From NCBI RefSeq assembly GCF_001548275.1, contig NZ_AP014945.1:600001-632000 (forward strand): 32,000 bases of DNA, written 5' to 3'. This document shows, in pieces, positions 1-6,341 of the stretch; positions within the stretch are counted from its first letter, which is position 1; each line of letters starts with the position of its first letter. The position numbers were made by a program, and so were the translations under genes. The notes beneath the pieces are model-generated. The model worked only from the letters and a program-made list of their open reading frames with translations. It had not been told where the DNA came from and made no database searches. This DNA is from Caldimicrobium thiodismutans. Its GTDB lineage: Bacteria > Desulfobacterota > Thermodesulfobacteria > Thermodesulfobacteriales > Thermodesulfobacteriaceae.

Positions 1-1006
1 TTGGACTGATAGCTCCAATAAGTTCTGGAGTAAAAATTTGCCAAACCCTTTCCATAATTCCCAGACCAAGCTTAGAATTTCTATAGGTTTCCTCATCTCC
101 CTCATAGGGTATAATCAGATTGAAAAGGGGAACATTGAGTCTGGTCAAAACTGAAACCACCTCTTCAGGCTTTATCCCCACTTTCAAAGATAGCCCAAGA
201 AGTGCCCTAATTCTGAAAGGTCCCTTTAAAAAGACTCTCTCAAGAACCCTGGCATCAGGATATCCAAAGGCAGGAATAACCTCAATATCTTCCTCCCTAA
301 AAGCAGAAACAATCTTACAAATTACTTCGGTTTGAAAATTTAAAAGATTATTTCTATAAAAAGTAAGCCCGATTTTCGGCCTCTTTAACCTTTCTGGCTC
401 CCCTTCTAATTTAGCTAAAAATGCAGAAAATTCCTCTTCAGAATAAACCCTCTTTTCATCACAGTCATAAACCCCAAAAAGGGGCATCCTCTTTACAGGA
501 GAAGGATTGAGAGGGTATTGAAAATATTGACGAAGAAGATAGAGATAAAGATTATAAAGATTTTCAGGGCTACTCTCTCTATTGTAAGCTTCAATTGTTG
601 GATCAACCTCTATTCCGAGTTTTTTCATCTCCTCATCATAGGAACCTTCAGCATAAAGCCCAAAAATAAAGGCTTTCTTCTCTTTTAAAGAAGGAAGATA
701 CTCCTTTACCCTTTCATAAGCCCTTCTTCCCATAAGGTTTAGTAATAAAAGATCAGCCTCTTTAAGCTCCCTTTCAATCAAATCCTTTTTTTCCTCAAGA
801 CTCAAAATTCTTATTCTCGGTAAGGGAAGCCCCCTTTCTGAAAGGTCTCTAAGAAGCATCTCCCTTGCAGAACTAAAACTCTTTATCTGGGAGCTTGTTG
901 GTATCACTACTATATTAATGGATTTCTCTCCCTGGTCAGCAAAGAGAAAGGAAGAACAAAGAAAAAATAAAATTAGGCTCAAAAATAGACTATTCTTCAG
1001 GGACAT
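1..1006 (-). CDS. CobN/HmuS-like class I chelatase large subunit, N-terminal ~335 codons (gene continues beyond window start), with predicted Sec signal peptide
   Basis: Absent from the ORF track because it has no in-window stop. My reverse-strand translation from ATG 1006..1004 stays open to position 1: MSLKNSLFLSLILFFLCSSFLFADQGEKSINIVVIPTSS...ADLLLLNLMGRRAYE...RPKIGLTFYRNNLLNFQTEVICKIVSAFREEDIEVIPAFGYPD... It is collinear with the N-terminus of the CobN ORF at 15448 (SDLLLVYRS...APTIGILFSRHYWINDNLEVENLLISELEAKGFNVIPIFAY). It overlaps the upstream ORF's stop by 17 nt. The N-terminus is K-containing, then hydrophobic, then LFA/DQ. Confidence 0.75.
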   Translation of the reverse strand, partial: MSLKNSLFLSLILFFLCSSFLFADQGEKSINIVVIPTSSQIKSFSSAREMLLRDLSERGLPLPRIRILSLEEKKDLIERELKEADLLLLNLMGRRAYERVKEYLPSLKEKKAFIFGLYAEGSYDEEMKKLGIEVDPTIEAYNRESSPENLYNLYLYLLRQYFQYPLNPSPVKRMPLFGVYDCDEKRVYSEEEFSAFLAKLEGEPERLKRPKIGLTFYRNNLLNFQTEVICKIVSAFREEDIEVIPAFGYPDARVLERVFLKGPFRIRALLGLSLKVGIKPEEVVSVLTRLNVPLFNLIIPYEGDEETYRNSKLGLGIMERVWQIFTPELIGAISP

Positions 1007-1343
1007 AAACTATTCTTCCATCTTTTAATTGATAGGCAGTTCCAAGTTTTATGCCTTCCCCTTGAAGTTCTTTTTTAGTGACCTTTTTCACTTTTATTTC
1101 TTTACCTTTTTTTATTATAAACTCAAGTTCTCCATTTGGGGCTTTTTTTACCATAGTAAATTCACTTCTGGGATTTAATAAATCTATGAGGTGATAGACC
1201 ATAAAGAGACTTACAATAAGACTTACAATAAAAACCACACTCAAATCAAAGAGATTGGCAACCCCTGTGAGAGGGTCTTCAATAAGAGGTTCTTCCGTTT
1301 CAAGAAGGGATTTTTTTCTCCTTAAGAGTCTAAAATAACTCAT
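990..1343 (-). CDS. Small single-pass membrane protein with ExbD/TolR-like topology (DUF2149-like, family name recalled from memory)
   Basis: 117-aa ORF with a 4-nt overlap with the MotA-like gene. It has a charged N-terminus, then DPLTGVANLFDLSVVFIVSLIVSLFMVY with an Asp at the membrane entry, as in ExbD/TolR. The C-terminal domain is soluble and Lys/Glu-rich. Confidence 0.7.
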   Translation of the reverse strand: MSYFRLLRRKKSLLETEEPLIEDPLTGVANLFDLSVVFIVSLIVSLFMVYHLIDLLNPRSEFTMVKKAPNGELEFIIKKGKEIKVKKVTKKELQGEGIKLGTAYQLKDGRIVYVPEE

Positions 1344-1906
1344 CTTTCAACCTCGGAAGAGGAAATTTTTATTCTTTCCCTTTCAGCCAGGTAATAAATT
1401 TTACTTAAGGTTTCCTTATTCCAGCGTTCTTTGGTGATACTTAAGAGATAGGAGAGAGCTCCTATTGAGAGGCCAATGATTGCGGTGGTAAAGGCAGTAA
1501 CCATTCGTTCTGCCATAACTCCAAGGTTTCCCTTGGCAAGTTCTGAAAGGGCAACTCCCATGGGGATAAGAGTTCCAAGAAGGCCTAAAGCAGGCCCAAG
1601 CCTTACCATCACTCTTACCCTGTCAAGCCCTTTAAGAAGAGAAAGCTCAACCCTGTCAACAAGAAGAGAAACCTCAATCAAAAGGGCCTCTCCCTGAAAC
1701 TTCTCTTCCAACTTCTTTAGCTCTGCCTCAAAGAATTCCACATAAAAGTTTCTCCCCTCCCTTCTTTCAAAATATTCCCTTAAAATCTTTCCACTTTGAT
1801 ACACTAAATAAAAGATAAGAAAAGTGAGAGTAAGAAGCACTGGATAGAGAAGACTTTCTGCCAGAATAAAAAGAAAGCCCTCAAGAAGGTAAAAAGGATT
1901 GGTCAT
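1340..1906 (-). CDS. MotA/TolQ/ExbB proton-channel family protein
   Basis: 188 aa with an N-terminal TM segment, a cytoplasmic helical stretch and a C-terminal TM pair. It carries the family-typical GPALGLLGTLIPMGVAL...AFTTAIIGLSIGAL. There are 4-nt overlaps on both sides. Confidence 0.85.
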   Translation of the reverse strand: MTNPFYLLEGFLFILAESLLYPVLLTLTFLIFYLVYQSGKILREYFERREGRNFYVEFFEAELKKLEEKFQGEALLIEVSLLVDRVELSLLKGLDRVRVMVRLGPALGLLGTLIPMGVALSELAKGNLGVMAERMVTAFTTAIIGLSIGALSYLLSITKERWNKETLSKIYYLAERERIKISSSEVER

Positions 1907-2604
1907 AGCTTCCTCCTGATTTTGAATTGGAAAAACCCTGCTAAAAGGAAAATTAAAAAGAGAATAGAGAAAACTGCCAAAGTTTCCCCCTGATCTGGGA
2001 AAATCAAATTCGTGGAGTTGGCATTTTTTTGAAGGAAAAAAATCTCATTAAATCTCTGGGGAAAATAAAAACTTCCAAGTAGATACAGGGAAGAAAAAAG
2101 CATAACAAGGCCAAGCCATCTAAATCCCTCCTTTTCCCTGATCAGAAGCCCCTTAAAGGGGACCCTGAAAATTAAATAAAGGCTATAAGTAAGAACTAAA
2201 AAAGAAAGGGGAAGGATTAAGAAGGGAAGGGCATAAAATCTTTCAAACTTTTGAAAATATATTACTGAAAGGCTTATACTTAAGAGACACACAGGACAGG
2301 GCATAAGATAGAAGAGAAGGGCTCTGTGGGAGCAAGAGGGTCTAAAAAGAAGATAAGCCCCCCAAATGATTAAACCTAAGGCAGTAAAAAAATGAAGATA
2401 AACGCCCCTTTCAAGAAGGGGTAAAATAAGCCCTTCAAACCTGAGGGAAATTTCGTAGAAAAGATAAAAGAGAAGGGAATAAAGAATTATTATCAAAATA
2501 TGGGCCTTATAGCCCTTTAAAAGAGGCAAAACCAGGGCTACCTTTAAGGCAAAGACTCCCAAAGAAAAAAGAAGCCCTAAATAAGATAGAAGAAAATTAT
2601 CCAT
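1903..2604 (-). CDS. Polytopic membrane protein, predicted transporter (DUF2162-like, from memory) with CSH-x9-CPVC cluster
   Basis: 233 aa, almost entirely hydrophobic helices. It is the first gene of the minus-strand operon. C91/H93/C103/C106 (SCSHRALLFYLMPCPVCLL) are encoded at 2287..2334. Confidence 0.7.
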   Translation of the reverse strand: MDNFLLSYLGLLFSLGVFALKVALVLPLLKGYKAHILIIILYSLLFYLFYEISLRFEGLILPLLERGVYLHFFTALGLIIWGAYLLFRPSCSHRALLFYLMPCPVCLLSISLSVIYFQKFERFYALPFLILPLSFLVLTYSLYLIFRVPFKGLLIREKEGFRWLGLVMLFSSLYLLGSFYFPQRFNEIFFLQKNANSTNLIFPDQGETLAVFSILFLIFLLAGFFQFKIRRKL

Positions 2605-2611
2605 TTTGGCC

Positions 2612-2640
2612 TTGACAAGTTTTCATTTTTATGGTATAAA
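2612..2640 (+). promoter_or_regulatory. Sigma70-type promoter for the TBDT/cbiZ operon, overlapped by a dyad TGGTA-N8-TACCA (2632..2649)
   Basis: TTGACA (2612..2617), a 17-nt spacer, then TATAAA (2635..2640), about 88 nt upstream of ATG 2728. Confidence 0.5.
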
Positions 2641-2669
2641 TTTTTACCATCGTAATTTGGTTTACATAA

Positions 2670-2697
2670 ATTTTAACAGAGCCTTTTTTCTTGTCAA
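2670..2697 (-). promoter_or_regulatory. Candidate sigma70-type promoter for the minus-strand membrane/MotA/CobN-like operon
   Basis: On the minus strand: TTGACA (2697..2692), a 16-nt spacer, then TAAAAT (2675..2670). It faces the plus-strand promoter, so the predicted transcripts overlap by roughly 15-20 nt. Confidence 0.35.
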
Positions 2698-2727
2698 GGT
2701 TTATAGAAATTTTTAAGGAGGGAAGCT

Positions 2728-4715
2728 ATGAAAAAGAAGGAAATTTTAATGGGAGTTCTTTTTCTTAGTTTTTATGGAGGGAAATGTTATGGAGAGGAAA
2801 GTCAAGCAAGGGTTCTTCCCCAGATTGTGGTTACTGCAACAAAGATTGAGGAATCTCCTCTTGAGGTAAGTTCCTTTGTCAGGATAATCACGGAAGAGGA
2901 AATTAAAAAGAGCCCAGCCCAGAGCCTTGGAGATTTATTTCCTGAGCTCGGGCTTGGGCACACCCATAAGTATCCTGGAACCCTGACAGGCAGAATAAGT
3001 CTTCGGGGAATTACTTCGGATCTTTTTGATCCCTTAAAGGGTGGGGTTTTAATTCTCATTGATGGTCAGAGGGCTGGAACAGTAAATCTTGCCAAAATCC
3101 CCCTTGATAACATAGAAAGGATTGAGATTGTAAAAGGGCCTTTTTCAGCCCTTTATGGAACTCAGGCCATGGGAGGGGTAATAAATGTTATTACAAAAAG
3201 GGCTAAAAAAGAGGGCTTGGGCTTTAATATCTCTGCTGAGGCTGGCTCATGGAACTACTGGAAAGGGCTTTCGGAGCTTGAAATTAAAAAGACCTTTCCT
3301 GATTATGCAGTGGATTTTTATCTTCTTGGGGAAAGAGATTCAAGAGATGACTTTGATGCCAAAGGTTATGGAAGAATCAAAAACACCTCCTATGATGAGG
3401 GAGCCCTTGATGCCAAACTGGGACTCTCCTTTCTTAAAAATCACTATCTTTCCTTTGGAATTCAAAGTTTTCATGGTTGGGATATAGGAAGCCCTGGTGC
3501 AAGGTATAGCCCAAGCCTAAAGGATTATTCTGATAAAAAAAGGGATTCCTATAGCTTTCTTTATAAATTTAAGGAAATTGAACTAAGTTATGCCTACACC
3601 TTTGATCGCGATAGATGGCATTCTTTTTATGGAAGCAGTGAAAGCATTTCAACAAAGATTATGAAGGGAAAAGATCTAAATTGGAAGGTGCCTTTTAGTT
3701 TTGGTTCTCACAGATTTCTCCTTGGAGGAGAATACTATGAACTTGATGTGACTTCAAGGAGGAATGTGGGAGCCCCTTACTATCCCAATTCAGAATTTAA
3801 AAATTATGGAGGCTTTTTTCAGGCAAAACTCAATCTCTACAGGGAAAAACTTTTCTTAATTCCTGGAATAAGGTATGATTACTTTGAAACGGAAATACTT
3901 ACAACTCCCGGGATTAAAAACCTTAAGCCAAAGAAAGAGGACAAAGACCGCTTCACTGGAAAAATTGGCTTTCTCTATCGCTTAACCAATGAGTTAAGTC
4001 TTAAGGCTAATTTAGGGGAGGCCTATAGAACACCAACTGCAGATGAGTTAGCTGCAGATTATGTCTCTTCTTGGGGCACACGATATCTTGGAAACTCAAC
4101 TTTAAAGCCTGAAAAGGTTTACTCCTTTGATTTTGGATTAGATTATGGAGGAAAATTTGGCCTCTTAAGTTTTTCCTATTTTTATAATAAATATGATGAA
4201 AAATTTCTGGATATTATAATTCCCTAATCGGTGCTCAGACCTTTAAAAATATTGATGGGGCAACTATTCAGGGTCTTGAATTTTCCTATTCCAAAGAGTG
4301 GGTTGAGTTTATCCATCTTCCCATAAGTATAGAACCCTTTCTTCATTTTACCTATCATCTTCAATGTAGAGATGATGAAAGTAAGGCCTCCCTTCTTTAC
4401 ATACCAAAGGCTATAGCAAGCTTTGGGTTTAATTTGAGATATAGAGGCTTTAAGTTAAATCTTACGGGTATTTATAATGGTGATGAAAAGGTTCAGGACT
4501 GGGCTCCACCTTCTTATGGAAAAAAGATTATTGAAAAGAAGGATTTTACTATTTTTAACTTATACACTGGATATAGGTTTCAAAAATTTTCTTATATAAA
4601 GGAGGCAGAAGTTTATCTAAAGGTTGAAAACCTCTTTAATAGGGCCTATGAATATGTGAAATATTATCCTATGCCAGAGAGAACCTATTATTTGGGAGTG
4701 AGAGCAAAATTTTAA
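2728..4715 (+). pseudogene. TonB-dependent outer-membrane receptor interrupted by a 1-nt frameshift in an A5 run (4199..4203)
   Basis: ORF 2728..4227 has a signal peptide, TonB-box-like QIVVTATK and plug motif IEIVKGPFSALYGTQAMGGVINVITK. It stops just after FSYFYNKYDEK. The other frame continues without a stop from 4200 as KISGYYNSLIGAQTFKNIDGATIQGLEFSY... into track ORF 4434..4715, which ends YYLGVRAKF (typical terminal Phe). One extra A would restore a ~662-aa receptor. Confidence 0.8.
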
Positions 4716-4737
4716 GATTTTAGAGGATGAGGGAGGC

Positions 4738-5559
4738 ATGATGAAAAAAATCATTTTTGGGATTTTATTTCTTATTTTGACTTTGACTATGAAGAAGGGT
4801 TTTTCCACGGAAATTTCCTTACCAAAGGAATTAAAAGCCAGGGCTCAGATTATTAAATCCAAATATGATGATTTATGGGAAAAGACTCTTGTTATAACCT
4901 TTGATCATAAGAGAAAGGCCCTTTCAACCTTTGAATTCTTAAGAGAGGTTAGAGCGGTGATAAATCACTCAGCCCATCCTGAGATCTGGAAGAAAGTCTG
5001 CGAGGAGAGGAAAACTAAAAAATCCTTGGGTGGAAGGGTTTATCTTGAAAAGATTAGAGAAAAAATTGGAAAGGACTTCAATCTTTCAACTGAGGAGATT
5101 TTTATCTTAGGAACAGCAGCTGATATGGATAATTTAGCAGTGGTAACCAAAACCTGGGGTAGTTATGTAGTTACAGCTTTAGTTACAGCTGGAGCAAAGA
5201 CTAATGCTTTAAGAGCAGGGTTTGATGAGGGAAATTATACAGAGGAAGAGAAGCCTCAAGGCACAGTGAATATAATAATATTAACAAATAAGAAGCTAAG
5301 GGAGTCTGCCATGGCAAGAGCTATCATTACAGCCACAGAGGCAAAAACTGCTGCCTTTCAGGATTTAAAAGTTCCAAGCTCATATAATCCACAGGTTCAA
5401 GCTACAGGAACAGGCACAGATAATATCATTATAGTCTCAGGAGAGGAACCTCCAGAAATAACTTATACAGGAGGCCACAGCAAAATAGGAGAACTTATTG
5501 CAAAAGCCGTTTATCAAGCAGTAAAAGAGGCCCTAATTAAACAAAATCATTTTAAATAA
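4738..5559 (+). CDS. cbiZ: CbiZ-like adenosylcobinamide amidohydrolase family protein with N-terminal signal-peptide-like segment
   Basis: 273 aa with a GGGAGG RBS. Motifs recalled for the CbiZ family: LVTAGAKTNALRAG, GTVNIIILTN, AMARAIITATEAKTAAFQDL, ATGTGTDNIIIVS, YTGGHSKIGELIAKAVYQAV. The N-terminus is MMKKIIFGILFLILTLTMKKGFS. Confidence 0.7.
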   Translation: MMKKIIFGILFLILTLTMKKGFSTEISLPKELKARAQIIKSKYDDLWEKTLVITFDHKRKALSTFEFLREVRAVINHSAHPEIWKKVCEERKTKKSLGGRVYLEKIREKIGKDFNLSTEEIFILGTAADMDNLAVVTKTWGSYVVTALVTAGAKTNALRAGFDEGNYTEEEKPQGTVNIIILTNKKLRESAMARAIITATEAKTAAFQDLKVPSSYNPQVQATGTGTDNIIIVSGEEPPEITYTGGHSKIGELIAKAVYQAVKEALIKQNHFK

Positions 5560-5650
5560 AAGTTTTCATGCTTAACTTAAGCTCCCTCCTTCTTAATCAC
5601 CCCCTCTATTAGATTTTTTCCTATCCATGCTCTATCAAATTTCACCTATT

Positions 5651-5709
5651 CTTGTGAAAAAATTTTCAAATGCTACTAATTTTTAAATCGTAGCATAAAG
5701 TTTTATTAA
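5651..5709 (+). promoter_or_regulatory. Conserved 59-nt promoter/operator element, copy A (upstream of the TBDT remnant/CooC/ABC operon)
   Basis: 53/59 ungapped identities with 10292..10350 by manual alignment. It contains TTGTGA (5652..5657), a 17-nt spacer and ACTAAT (5675..5680). It also has dyad TGAAAA-NN-TTTTCA (5655..5668) and dyad GCTAC-N13-GTAGC (5672..5694). Confidence 0.55.
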
Positions 5710-5734
5710 GATTGGATACATAATAAGGGGGGGC

Positions 5735-6323
5735 ATGAGGAGATTTACTTATGTAGGGGCTGCGCTATGGGGATTTTTAGCAAGCATAACTCTGGTTAAA
5801 GGAGCCCTTTCAGAGGAAATTAAGGAAACAAAGGAACTTCCTGAGGTGGTTGTAAAAGGGGAGAAGCTTATTCTTCCTACTAAAGAGACTGGGGAGACGG
5901 TCTATACTGGTGTTGAGATTACCCGGGAGGGGATTGAACTTTCAGGAGAGCGAGGAAAAGGAAATGTTTGGGAGGCATTAAGTATCATTCCTGGGGTAAT
6001 TTTTGAGAGTGTTGATCCAGCCAATCTTTCCGCTGAGCAATCTAATGTAAGAATAAGAGGGGTCAGAGGATATCTCGGTGGTCTTACTGTGCAGGGAGTT
6101 CCCAATTATGGGGCAAATCCTATTGGGCCAAGGGCTTATCTATATGACCTTGAAAATTTTGAAAGTATCGCCCTTTATAAAGGAGCAGTTCCTGTTAATC
6201 TTGGGGCAGGAGTTGGAAACAGGGCAGGTCTTAATAAATGCCTTTGATGATAGTGTTGGGGAAACAAGTTATGGAGCTGGAGCTCCTTTTTCTGTAAAGG
6301 GGATTATAGAATTTAACTTTTAA
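5735..6323 (+). pseudogene. TonB-dependent receptor remnant: plug domain joined to the C-terminal beta-strand, barrel deleted, plus a frame change near 6230..6247
   Basis: ORF 5735..6247 (170 aa) has a signal peptide, ELPEVVVKGEK and plug-like VRIRGVRG...ESIALYKGAVPVNLGAG, then stops. The adjacent frame ends ...INAFDDSVGETSYGAGAPFSVKGIIEFNF, a typical TBDT C-terminus. Only ~590 nt are available before the next gene, against ~2000-2300 nt for an intact receptor. Confidence 0.7.
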
Positions 6324-6341
6324 ATAGGGAGGAGTTTTAAG

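Noticed and set aside
4434-4715. Track ORF 4434..4715 as an independent 93-aa gene
   Set aside because: Its frame is open upstream back to about 4200 and reads as the C-terminal barrel strands of the frameshifted TonB-dependent receptor. It is part of that pseudogene or gene.
5652-5669. Assigning the promoter dyad to Fur, CRP or FNR
   Set aside because: TGAAAA-NN-TTTTCA does not fit the 7-1-7 Fur box (TGATAATnATTATCA). It matches only one half of TGTGA-N6-TCACA and does not fit TTGAT-N4-ATCAA. The regulator is left unassigned.
6078-6323. Track ORF 6078..6323 as an independent 81-aa gene
   Set aside because: Most of it overlaps the plug-domain frame. Only the last ~28 codons look protein-like, as a receptor C-terminus. 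I interpret it as part of the receptor remnant.
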